64,000 nucleotides of DNA from an uncultured Bacteroidota bacterium. Its GTDB lineage: Bacteria; Bacteroidota; Bacteroidia; Chitinophagales; Saprospiraceae. How positions within the stretch are numbered: the stretch's first letter is position 1; each line of letters begins with the position of its first letter. The position numbers and the translations under genes were made by a program. Of this stretch, positions 54,725 to 63,501 are shown piece by piece. The stretch lies in assembly GCA_937870795.1 (NCBI GenBank), contig CALMWS010000074.1, forward strand, positions 7,159-71,158, given 5' to 3'. The notes below the pieces were generated by a model, which saw nothing but the letters and a program-made list of their open reading frames with translations, was not told the DNA's origin and did no database searches.

Positions 54725-55271
54725 TTTGTAATATTTCTTTGATTTTTAATTTGAGTTTTTCCAAAGGAGCAGCCGACTGGTAAATCCTGGCCATGATCAA
54801 CGCACCTTCTATTTGCATGATAAAATCTTCTGCCGTTGATGGATTCCCATTGTAGCCTTTGTAACGCAGGTAGGCACACAGCGATTGGATCCAGTAATCC
54901 ATTACTTCCCTCACCGCCGTCCGGATGGAAGCCAGGTCTTCATTGCTTTCCAAAGCCACGGTTGCAATCGGGCAACCTGCTACATACCGGGATGCTTCAA
55001 GGTCATCTTTAAAAAAATCAATGATACCACTCAACCCTTCTGCTGCACAACTGCTGCCCTTCATTTTTGCCTTAAAGCCTCCGGCAAGCCAGTCTTTGTA
55101 CGAATGAAGGGCTTCTTTTATCAACTCTTCCTTTCCCCCCGGAAAATAATGATACAATGATCCTTTCGGTAATTCTGCCAATCCCAAAATTTCAGCCAGG
55201 CCGGTTGCAGCCATGCCCTTTTCCCGTATCAGCCTTGCCGTTACCTGGATCAGGCGCTCCCTAGAACTCAT
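54699..55271 (-). CDS. TetR/AcrR family transcriptional regulator
   Basis: 190 aa. The N-terminal helix-turn-helix reads GMAATGLAEILGLAELPKGSLYHYF. Confidence 0.9.
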   Translation of the reverse strand: MSSRERLIQVTARLIREKGMAATGLAEILGLAELPKGSLYHYFPGGKEELIKEALHSYKDWLAGGFKAKMKGSSCAAEGLSGIIDFFKDDLEASRYVAGCPIATVALESNEDLASIRTAVREVMDYWIQSLCAYLRYKGYNGNPSTAEDFIMQIEGALIMARIYQSAAPLEKLKLKIKEILQNDINREEA

Positions 55272-55744
55272 GCTATTAATTGCATATACTTTTGGATGAC
55301 ACCTGTATGCAAGCCTTCATGAAACATATTAAATGTGATCAATCCTTCCGCTCCTTCATAGGTAGCATTGTGAGATTTACTTATGAATGGGGTCACATCA
55401 ACAAACTTCCCGGCTTTATAATCTGCTTCCATTTGCTCTGCTGTAGCTACAAATACATCAAATATTCGATCTGCCTCCTCCTGTGTATACGGCCTTTCGG
55501 GCTGCGTCTTATTCTTAAAAGACATCACCATCTCATTTTCAACGATAAATGGCACGTTTCCCAAACCATAAACGATCAGTTGTTGAATGGCCACCATGTG
55601 CCCTACATTCCACAATATGTTGTTGTTAAAGCCATTGGGAATGTGATTCAGTTGCTCCAATGTCATTGTCTTTACCAGGGCTAACACAGCCTTCCTGTTG
55701 TTTTTTGTTACTTCAAATACTTTATCCATCTTATTATTTTTCAC
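55268..55744 (-). CDS. DinB family protein
   Basis: 158 aa. It has a four-helix-bundle pattern with conserved His residues (WNVGHM ... FHEGLHTG). It overlaps the TetR gene by 4 nt. Confidence 0.85.
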   Translation of the reverse strand: MKNNKMDKVFEVTKNNRKAVLALVKTMTLEQLNHIPNGFNNNILWNVGHMVAIQQLIVYGLGNVPFIVENEMVMSFKNKTQPERPYTQEEADRIFDVFVATAEQMEADYKAGKFVDVTPFISKSHNATYEGAEGLITFNMFHEGLHTGVIQKYMQLIA

Positions 55745-55844
55745 AAAGTTAATAAAAATAATAGACCGGTCGGTCTAATTCACTAAAAAATATAAATAAT
55801 TGATAAAATATTGATAATGAGATGCTTTTTACATTCTTTCCAAG

Positions 55845-58463
55845 CTACCAAAGCATTCGCATACTCAGCTGAGGCAATATTGGAAATAAACTTACCTTCT
55901 TAAAAATGGTACTGCTGGCATCGGTACGCGACGCATAAATGAAATAGGAATTGAGACGGTTGTACGCATTGAAAACACCAAAGGAAACAGTGCATTTGAT
56001 GTCTTTCACCTTAAAATCATAAGATGCATTTACAGTCAATTGATGAAAATGGGGCATTCGGTAATTGTTTTTTTTACCCGTCTGCACCAGCGTTATGCCA
56101 ATGGTATCCAGACCCGAATAAAACGTCACTTTTTCATCTGCTAGTGTAAAGGGTTGACCGCTGGTATAAACCCAATTGGCTCCAATCCTCCAACCGCGGT
56201 CATTTTTATACAAAACCCCTGCATTGATTTGGAGGGGCCTGTCAAACCTCGATACAAAGGTCAGCCCTTCATTCAGTCCGGCAAAGGTCATGGTGCTGCT
56301 GCTTTTGTGGTAACTCAACCAATACTGCCATTTCTTTCTGTCTGCCCGTACAGAAAGTTCTATGCCCTGGGTTGCGCCTGTTCCTTTCAAAACCTGGTTC
56401 TCCCAATCTCTCTCGGTGCTCACAATGGGCGGACTTCCTTTAGGTGGGAAAATATTGATAAAAAAATCTACCAACTGACTGTATTCACTCAATTGTTGGA
56501 GGTTTCTGCGATACAAGCCAATACCCACGGTATGGATGCTGTCAAGGTTTATTTTGGTATCAAATGCAAAATGATCTGCAAACTGCGGGCCCACTTTTTG
56601 CGTTGAGGGCACCCACAACTCTGATGGCAACCCCAGTCCGCTGTTTGCCAACAAAATGATGTATTGTGCAGATCGGGTATATGAAAATTGCATCAACCAT
56701 TGTTCATAGGGTTGGTATTGCATCTGCAGTCTGGGCTGCCAGCTATGGTGACCATACTTTGCCTGTGAATAATTGACCTGATATACACCCGGTATTAAGT
56801 AAAAGCGATTCCCCAACTCTACATTGCCCTCTATGAAAATGTAATGTTCCCTTGCTGTATATGCAGAGTCTGGATTTCCAAATCCTTCAGCTATGCCATC
56901 AACCACTGCCAGACTCTGTTTGACAGCAGGATTGAGTGTATGCACAATGTATCCGCTACCAGCGCTGACCTTTACATTGTCATTTACAAAGTAATCAATA
57001 CTGCCACTGATTTGTTTGTCATTTACCTGCGAATTGTTGATAACATCAAGCGTACCGGTTGTACTGTCAGAAACACTCACAGGAAATTTGTAGGTACCCC
57101 TGGAAAATACCTTGTAATTGATCATTCCGGCCTGCAAGTTGTATTTCAACTGATGATTTAATACATGATCGTATTGAATACTAAGCAATTCATTGCTGCC
57201 ACTGAATTGATTGGACTGACTGGCTACCACATCTCCAAAAAGATTGCGGCTGTCCTTACTCAGTTTTAATCGGTCATTTCCTCTGTAGTACGTGGCACTT
57301 AGTTTTTGGGTTTCGCTCCAGCGGTAATTGAGCTTAAGCTGTACATCTCTGTATTGCAAAAATATGTCATCATAAAGGGTAATCTTTTTTTTAATGGGCT
57401 TCAAAGCTTCATTGATCCATGAGGTTCTTAATGAGAAAGCATACGTTAGCTTTTTACGGGCAAGTGGTCCTTCTGTGAAAAAACTCATGCCCTGTATTCC
57501 CAAATGTAGGATGCTTTCTCTCTTTTGGCGGTTGCCATCCTTCATCAATACGTTTACCACCGCATTCAATCTTCCTCCATACCTTGCAGGTTGTCCGCTT
57601 TTCATAAAGTCAACAGTGCGTACTGCATCATCCATAAAAATCGAACTCAAAGCACCTGTATGGTAGGCTTCATAAACAGGCATTCCTTCCATCATTACCA
57701 GGTTCTGATCAGATCCACTCCCTCGTACCTGTATGCCCATACCTCCTTCGCTGCCAGGTGTTACTCCTGGTAAGGTTTTTAAAATGTTTAGAGGGTCCGC
57801 TTCACCCAGCACCGTGTTCTTTTCGATACCTGAACGCCTTGGCATTATTTCGCTCAAGGGATCCAGCAATTGTTTTTCCTGAATGATGACCGGCGGCAAA
57901 TTGGTAGTGACTACGGCCAGCCTGAAACTTCGAATAATGGATTTATAAACTTCATCGGTGTAACGCATGATCTCGTAGCCCAAAATCCTCACTTCCAACT
58001 CAAGGGGGCCTGGCCTGCACTCCATGTAGTAAAAACCTTTGACATCCGTAGAAGTATAGTTGCCTGTTGCAGGTTGGTATATCAACACTCCCGGCAATAC
58101 TTCACCGGTCTGTGCATCCATTACGTAGCCTGATATACTGATCCTGGCCTCTTTGATTTGTAAGACCCATTTACCCGGACTCGTAACCGCGACCTGTAAA
58201 TGGTAATCGAAAAATATTTTTTGAAGAAGTGTCTCGAGCTGCATTTCACCCTCGGGCAGCTCTGCCATTACGATGTTGTCAAATTGATTGGCCGCATAGG
58301 AAAATGAAACGCCGGTAATGTTCTGAATGGATTCCAGAATTTGACTTCGCCTTGCCGGTAGCGGTATTTTACGGCTGTCTATTTCAATTCCGGCTGTATT
58401 TTGTGCATGTACGGCAGCAACAAATAGTGTAATCAGGATCGATACAAATAAGCGAAGATTCAC
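55845..58463 (-). CDS. TonB-dependent receptor/transducer (N-terminal signalling domain, carboxypeptidase-regulatory-like domain, plug, barrel)
   Basis: 872 aa with a signal peptide. It has an STN-like N-terminal extension, a CarbopepD_reg-like segment (ISGYVMDAQTGEVLPGVLIY), a plug region and a long beta-barrel ending in an aromatic residue (W). It lies downstream of the FecR/ECF genes. Confidence 0.9.
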   Translation of the reverse strand: MNLRLFVSILITLFVAAVHAQNTAGIEIDSRKIPLPARRSQILESIQNITGVSFSYAANQFDNIVMAELPEGEMQLETLLQKIFFDYHLQVAVTSPGKWVLQIKEARISISGYVMDAQTGEVLPGVLIYQPATGNYTSTDVKGFYYMECRPGPLELEVRILGYEIMRYTDEVYKSIIRSFRLAVVTTNLPPVIIQEKQLLDPLSEIMPRRSGIEKNTVLGEADPLNILKTLPGVTPGSEGGMGIQVRGSGSDQNLVMMEGMPVYEAYHTGALSSIFMDDAVRTVDFMKSGQPARYGGRLNAVVNVLMKDGNRQKRESILHLGIQGMSFFTEGPLARKKLTYAFSLRTSWINEALKPIKKKITLYDDIFLQYRDVQLKLNYRWSETQKLSATYYRGNDRLKLSKDSRNLFGDVVASQSNQFSGSNELLSIQYDHVLNHQLKYNLQAGMINYKVFSRGTYKFPVSVSDSTTGTLDVINNSQVNDKQISGSIDYFVNDNVKVSAGSGYIVHTLNPAVKQSLAVVDGIAEGFGNPDSAYTAREHYIFIEGNVELGNRFYLIPGVYQVNYSQAKYGHHSWQPRLQMQYQPYEQWLMQFSYTRSAQYIILLANSGLGLPSELWVPSTQKVGPQFADHFAFDTKINLDSIHTVGIGLYRRNLQQLSEYSQLVDFFINIFPPKGSPPIVSTERDWENQVLKGTGATQGIELSVRADRKKWQYWLSYHKSSSTMTFAGLNEGLTFVSRFDRPLQINAGVLYKNDRGWRIGANWVYTSGQPFTLADEKVTFYSGLDTIGITLVQTGKKNNYRMPHFHQLTVNASYDFKVKDIKCTVSFGVFNAYNRLNSYFIYASRTDASSTIFKKVSLFPILPQLSMRMLW

Positions 58464-58469
58464 GGTTCA

Positions 58470-59393
58470 TCAACATTTCATTGATGTGATAACGTAACGA
58501 TTTCCGCTTTTGTAGTATTGGATTTGGAAAAGCAATTTTAATTCATCCATCACCTGGTCTAGATTTTCACCGGCAAATTTACTTGTCAAGAGGCATTTTC
58601 CAGCTGTTTTGATTTCTTTGGAAATAACCAACTCTTGGTGATAATGCCTGCTGATGTCCTGAAGTGCCTGGTCAAGTGGGGTGTTTTTAAACTCAAGTAC
58701 CTGCGTAGTCCAGCTAAAGTGATTTCCGGTAAGAATCGGGCTGGACACTATGTCTTCATCGGATAATTTCATCCAGTCTCCTGCATTCAATATAACTTCT
58801 CTTCCTCCGTATTCATACTTTACCCGGCCTTCTTCTACCGCTACTTCAGTGGTGCCGGGATAAGAACTTACAGAAAATCGGGTACCCAAAACGGTGACCT
58901 TCCCTTTATTGAGCTCAACCGTAAATGGCGTCTTATCTGCCTTTTTACTAACCTTAAAAAATGCCCTACCAGTAACAGCAACCCCACGACTGCCATTATA
59001 ATCCAGGGTGGAGCCAGTGTCTAGGGTCACGTCGGTGCCATCATTCAAATGCTCAATTTCAACACCATTAACAGCAGCATAATGGGTAATGGGTTTGTTG
59101 TTGACAAAAAACAGACCAGCCATAGCAATCAAACCTGTGAAAACCGCTGCCGCTGCCCACTTTTTCCAGCTTATTCCTGATTTTTCATAATGTTCTCCGG
59201 TAATTTTTTCATAAGCAGCTGCTTTATCATATTGGCGATACCCAGCCATAGGGGTATCCTCGAGTTTATTTTCAATGCCCTCATGCATTGCCCTCAGGTT
59301 GGCCGAAGCTTCATCTTTCCATTGCTGGATGAGCTCGGCCTGCTTGTGGCCATCACTTTCGTTGATTTTTCTGATGTTGTCTCTTAATTTCAT
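58470..59393 (-). CDS. FecR-family anti-sigma factor / sensor
   Basis: 307 aa with one TM (WAAAAVFTGLIAMAGLFFV). It has a FecR domain (LNDGTDVTLDTGSTL...VTGRAFFKV) and a C-terminal DUF4974-like region. Confidence 0.88.
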   Translation of the reverse strand: MKLRDNIRKINESDGHKQAELIQQWKDEASANLRAMHEGIENKLEDTPMAGYRQYDKAAAYEKITGEHYEKSGISWKKWAAAAVFTGLIAMAGLFFVNNKPITHYAAVNGVEIEHLNDGTDVTLDTGSTLDYNGSRGVAVTGRAFFKVSKKADKTPFTVELNKGKVTVLGTRFSVSSYPGTTEVAVEEGRVKYEYGGREVILNAGDWMKLSDEDIVSSPILTGNHFSWTTQVLEFKNTPLDQALQDISRHYHQELVISKEIKTAGKCLLTSKFAGENLDQVMDELKLLFQIQYYKSGNRYVITSMKC

Positions 59394-59414
59394 CCTATAA
59401 CTTATGAATAACGC

Positions 59415-59909
59415 TCAAATAGTGTCAATTTGTTTCCTAATCAGCTTAAAAGCCTTTGTAATTTGATTTTCTACTGTTTTTACTGCAATCTGCATCTCCT
59501 GCGCTATTTCTTTGTGGCTCATGCCCTCCAATTTTGATTTCACAAAGATAACGCGACATTGGGTAGGCAATTGTCGTATAGATTGAAAGATTCTTTCTTT
59601 TAACAAGTAATCTTCTCCAATTTCTTCTTTGTAATCCGGGACGACAATTTTTTCTCCCTCCAAAGCTACAATAACCAGTTTTTTGGCCCTGATTTTTTCG
59701 ATTGCTTTGTGGTGAACACTCCTGAACAGGTAAGCTTTGGGATTTTCAATGTTGCTCAGATTTTCTCTTTTATCCCAAATATGCGCAAATACCTCCATCA
59801 CAACATCTTCTGCGTCGTCATTCATTCCCAATGACAAACAGGCATAATTGCACAACGCATTGTAATACGTATCAAATAGGTACCTGAAAGTTTCTTTGTC
59901 CACCGGCAA
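59415..59909 (-). CDS. ECF-type RNA polymerase sigma-70 factor (FecI-like)
   Basis: 164 aa. Region 2 reads DAEDVVMEVFAHIW. The region 4 helix-turn-helix reads MSHKEIAQEMQIAVKTVENQITKA. It has an apparent TTG start. Confidence 0.9.
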   Translation of the reverse strand: MPVDKETFRYLFDTYYNALCNYACLSLGMNDDAEDVVMEVFAHIWDKRENLSNIENPKAYLFRSVHHKAIEKIRAKKLVIVALEGEKIVVPDYKEEIGEDYLLKERIFQSIRQLPTQCRVIFVKSKLEGMSHKEIAQEMQIAVKTVENQITKAFKLIRKQIDTI

Positions 59910-59960
59910 TAGGAATAACGGAGACCAAGTTACACTTTTTGTTGCTAAGTCGTATATCGG

Positions 59961-60713
59961 CTATTGAACCGAAAAGGCCGTAGCAAGATTGTCGATCAAT
60001 TGTTTGACCTGAGGTGCCTGAGATATGGAATGTATCTGAGGATTGGTTACAATGTCATAAACAGGATTGCTGCCAAATTCTTTTTTTAGGTCTATGATGA
60101 TGTTGAGCGTACTTTCTTTACCTTCCTCAATGTTCAGATTTACTGGCAATTCAATGGTACGTAAGGCTTCATTGGCACCTGTATGCAAGGCATAACCCGA
60201 TTCCAAAGTGCCATCTCCATCTAAATCAATCAACCCCTCGGTTTTGGTGAACACATAACTTTTCCATCCACTCCAATATTCTGCCTGGTTGCTTAATACA
60301 TGGCTGTTGGCAAAATCTGCAGGCGTTTTATCATTGCTCACCTTTGGCACGCCTAGTGCAAATTTGAGCGATGAATAGGCACCTGCTTTGATGTTAGGTA
60401 TCGTATAATCATATCCTTTTTCCGCTGCTGCTGCCCCGGTATGGGAATTGGTTAAAGTGTGGTATGAAATCTCGTGTATGTTGGTGTAGTTGGTTCCACT
60501 CTTTAATTGCGCATCTGCAAAATAAAAACTGAAACGACTAAATGTCATCTTTTGCCCGGTAGGGTAGGTGTAAGGCTCAAACATCACCAATGGCTGATCT
60601 CCGTATTTAAGCTTAAAATTGAGCTTCAAGCTACCTGACCCGGCATCGTCATCACCACAGCCTGCAAATACCACCACCATCAAAATCAGCAACAACGAAG
60701 GAATAGCTTTCAT
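59961..60713 (-). CDS. Lipoprotein, possibly MbnP-like (family call tentative)
   Basis: The lipobox is VVFAGC. The pattern LKLNFKLKYGDQPL...FSFYFADAQL...IPNIKAGAYSSLKFALGVP...YALHTG...NPQIH resembles Bacteroidota MbnP-family proteins as I recall them. I give the family call only about 0.4. Confidence 0.7.
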   Translation of the reverse strand: MKAIPSLLLILMVVVFAGCGDDDAGSGSLKLNFKLKYGDQPLVMFEPYTYPTGQKMTFSRFSFYFADAQLKSGTNYTNIHEISYHTLTNSHTGAAAAEKGYDYTIPNIKAGAYSSLKFALGVPKVSNDKTPADFANSHVLSNQAEYWSGWKSYVFTKTEGLIDLDGDGTLESGYALHTGANEALRTIELPVNLNIEEGKESTLNIIIDLKKEFGSNPVYDIVTNPQIHSISQAPQVKQLIDNLATAFSVQ

Positions 60714-60798
60714 GATTTTTTGATTTAATCATTTTGATACTTAATACAACACAACCTTGCCATCAAATGGTTCTTGCTTTGTACTGAATTTGCAAAAT

Positions 60799-61758
60799 TT
60801 ATAACAATCCTTTGATAAGTGTCTCAAGACTGATGCCCTCTGCTTCGGCCTTGTAGTTCCTGACTACCCTGTGTCTCAGCACGTTTTCTGCAATGGCTTT
60901 TACATCCTCAATATCGGGAGAATATTTACCCATGATGGCTGCATGACACTTGGCTCCCAAAACCAAGTATTGGGATGCCCTGGGACCCGCACCCCAGGAT
61001 ATATACTTATTGACTTCAGGTGTTGCCAAATCAGTGCCCGGACGGGTTTTACAAGCCAGTGTAACCGCGTACTCCAATACATTGTCGGCAATGGGAATCT
61101 TCCTTACCAGGTTCTGGAAGTATAGAATTTGCTCTGCATTAAGGATCGATTTTAAACTTGTCGACATAGCCCCTGTAGTATTTTTAACTACGTTTAATTC
61201 TTCCTGATAGCTGGGGTAGTCAAGTTTGATGTTGAACATAAAACGGTCCAGCTGTGCTTCGGGCAGTGGATAAGTGCCTTCCTGCTCAATTGGGTTTTGA
61301 GTAGCCAATACGAAAAATGGCTTTGCCAGCAGGTGTTTGGTTCCACTCACAGTGACGGACCGCTCTTGCATGGCTTCGAGCAGTGCAGCCTGTGTTTTGG
61401 GTGGTGTTCGGTTAATCTCATCAGCCAAAATGATGTTGGCAAATAGTGGCCCCCTGTTAAATCTAAATGTTTTATGCTCATCCAGAATCTCGGATCCGGT
61501 GATGTCTGAAGGCATCAAATCCGGCGTGAATTGAATCCTTTTAAAATCCAGATCCAACACGTCTGCTATCGTACTCACCAACAAGGTCTTGGCCAATCCT
61601 GGAACCCCAACGAGTAAGCTGTGTCCATTGGCAAATAATGAAATAAGAACCGACTTTACAACTTCATCCTGTCCTACAATGACTTTGCCGATTTCTGCCT
61701 TAAGTTCCTGATAAGAACGGGCCAAACCATCTACGGCTGCAACGTCAGAATTATACAT
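60799..61758 (-). CDS. MoxR-family AAA+ ATPase (second copy, no adjacent DUF58/vWA partner)
   Basis: 319 aa with Walker A GVPGLAKT, Walker B LADEINRTPPKTQAALLEAMQE and the GAGPRAS motif. It is a paralogue of ORF 43562..44563. Confidence 0.92.
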   Translation of the reverse strand: MYNSDVAAVDGLARSYQELKAEIGKVIVGQDEVVKSVLISLFANGHSLLVGVPGLAKTLLVSTIADVLDLDFKRIQFTPDLMPSDITGSEILDEHKTFRFNRGPLFANIILADEINRTPPKTQAALLEAMQERSVTVSGTKHLLAKPFFVLATQNPIEQEGTYPLPEAQLDRFMFNIKLDYPSYQEELNVVKNTTGAMSTSLKSILNAEQILYFQNLVRKIPIADNVLEYAVTLACKTRPGTDLATPEVNKYISWGAGPRASQYLVLGAKCHAAIMGKYSPDIEDVKAIAENVLRHRVVRNYKAEAEGISLETLIKGLL

Positions 61759-61886
61759 AAATGATTAATTTTCAATTATTAAGAATAAAAACAAGCGACA
61801 AAATTAACAAATTATGTCATTAAAACGAAAGGGAGCACTGTAATGTTTTGTTAAAAGTCAATAGCAGGTTACAACAGTATATACTT

Positions 61887-61894
61887 TATATTTG
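61887..61894 (+). promoter_or_regulatory. -7 promoter box TAtaTTTG directly upstream of the MCM-like gene
   Basis: Exact TAnnTTTG ending 4 nt before the ATG at 61899. This supports the shorter start and a leaderless transcript. Confidence 0.4.
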
Positions 61895-61898
61895 CACT

Positions 61899-62828
61899 AT
61901 GAATTCTTCTTTTCAACCCCATACCAAACAAACATGGCTGGATGCAGTACGTAAGGAACTTCCGGATGGCAAGACTTTAGCGGATCTGTTTATTCATACT
62001 GACGTTTATGACCACGATGGCTTCTCCTGGCCTGGCCCTCAAAACCAGGTCCGAGGAACCATTCCGGCGAATGAATGGAAAATTCTGGCCCATTGCTCGG
62101 GGAACTCAGCATGTTTGTCGGCCCTCGAAAATGGTGCTGAAGCATTATGGTGCAAGCCTGGTGTCGGTGACTCAATAGATGACTTTACCCAAGGGATTAA
62201 ATTTGAATTTATCCATTCCCTTTTCGATGTTTCTCAATTGAGTGATGGTGATAAGTTACAGTGGCACACAGCACTGAGTGATGTAACAAAAAATGGTCTG
62301 CTTTATTGGATGAGCCAAAGCCCGGCAGATGGTGAATACCAAATCCTGGAGGTATTAGATACTAAAAAACCATCTTTATTTAACCTGGCAGCCACCATCG
62401 CGCAACAGTGGCAGGATCAGCAGAATGGCTGGGTGGTAGTGCATCACGTTGGATCCGACTTTTATGGTGAAATTGCCTGGGCACGAGCCATTAGGGAGGT
62501 ATTTTGTAAACTGGGCGAATCAAAAGGCATGCCCAGACAACTCATACTTTTGGGTCAATTGAAGGCCGATAACCATGATGCCAACCAGGACCTCATTCGA
62601 TACAGTTACAGTGCGCTCTCAGCTGTCATGGGAGGTTATGATTTCATAAGTGGTTTGCCTTGGGGTCAGGGCTTGGATAAGTATGCAAGGCTGGTACAAA
62701 ATATACAACATATGATGAAACACGAAAGTAAGTTGCATCTTTTCAGAGATCCCATGGCGGGCTCATATTTCATTGAAGAAATCAACAGGGCACTGGTAGA
62801 AGAAGTTTTGGAGCACCTTCAAAAGTAA
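61899..62828 (+). CDS. Methylmalonyl-CoA mutase family protein, short beta-subunit-like form lacking a B12-binding domain
   Basis: I chose the start at MNSSFQPHTKQTWLD. The C-terminal FRDPMAGSYFIEEINRALVEE matches the conserved MCM DPxxGSYYIE segment. At 309 aa it is much shorter than canonical subunits. Confidence 0.75.
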   Translation: MNSSFQPHTKQTWLDAVRKELPDGKTLADLFIHTDVYDHDGFSWPGPQNQVRGTIPANEWKILAHCSGNSACLSALENGAEALWCKPGVGDSIDDFTQGIKFEFIHSLFDVSQLSDGDKLQWHTALSDVTKNGLLYWMSQSPADGEYQILEVLDTKKPSLFNLAATIAQQWQDQQNGWVVVHHVGSDFYGEIAWARAIREVFCKLGESKGMPRQLILLGQLKADNHDANQDLIRYSYSALSAVMGGYDFISGLPWGQGLDKYARLVQNIQHMMKHESKLHLFRDPMAGSYFIEEINRALVEEVLEHLQK

Positions 62829-62903
62829 AAAAGACCGCGGTCCGGCTGCCAGGATTCAATTATTGCGAAAGTGATCAATGGAAAACACCGCCGCGGTCAG
62901 ATC

Positions 62904-63287
62904 TTATTTTTCTGCGATCATTCGGAAATCAAAGTTTTGACCAAAGTATTGTACTGTGTAATCCAATTGTACAACATCGCGATAATAAAAACCCTCACCC
63001 CAAATTTCAACCCCGGGAGAAAGTTGTTGACGGTTGATGTCTATCTTCCATTTTGCCTGACTGCTTTCATCAATATCGGCGCGCACAACGTACCAGTCTT
63101 CACCATCAAAGGGAGCATCGATCAAAATGTCATCTCCCCCCGCAGCAGAGATGTTGATGGAGTAGGGGCCTGAAATACCCACCACATGGGCATCGTACAC
63201 ACCAAAAATGGGTAGTACTTCATCGTCAATTCCCTGACAAGAAGAGATGAACAAGGCAAAAAGTATGATTGGAAAATGTGTTTTCAA
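62904..63287 (-). CDS. Hypothetical small lipoprotein
   Basis: 127 aa with lipobox LFISSC. No recognisable family. Confidence 0.65.
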   Translation of the reverse strand: MKTHFPIILFALFISSCQGIDDEVLPIFGVYDAHVVGISGPYSINISAAGGDDILIDAPFDGEDWYVVRADIDESSQAKWKIDINRQQLSPGVEIWGEGFYYRDVVQLDYTVQYFGQNFDFRMIAEK

Positions 63288-63456
63288 TTGGCAGTTTTTA
63301 CTATGATTATTAATGGCTTGACGATGTTATGGCATAAAGGGGTACTATCCTGTTGGGTTTTAATGCAGAATTAACTTCTTTGTTAATGATTTGTGAATTA
63401 CGTAATTAGTTAAATGAGAAAAGTCAGATCTAATAGTGAGAGCAATCATATATGTG

Positions 63457-63486
63457 TTTGTATGATGAACAAAGCCCTTACTTTTG
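63457..63486 (+). promoter_or_regulatory. Bacteroidota promoter (-33 TTTG, -7 TActTTTG) for the ferredoxin-NADP reductase gene
   Basis: TTTG at 63457-63460 and an exact TAnnTTTG at 63479-63486 are separated by 18 nt. The ATG lies 15 nt downstream. Confidence 0.5.
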
Positions 63487-63501
63487 CATAAAATTTTGAC
63501 A

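Noticed and set aside
61759-61898. Possible cobalamin riboswitch upstream of the MCM-like gene.
   Set aside because: No B12-box-like sequence or extended conserved stems are visible. The -7 box sits 4 nt from the ATG, which leaves no room for a leader.
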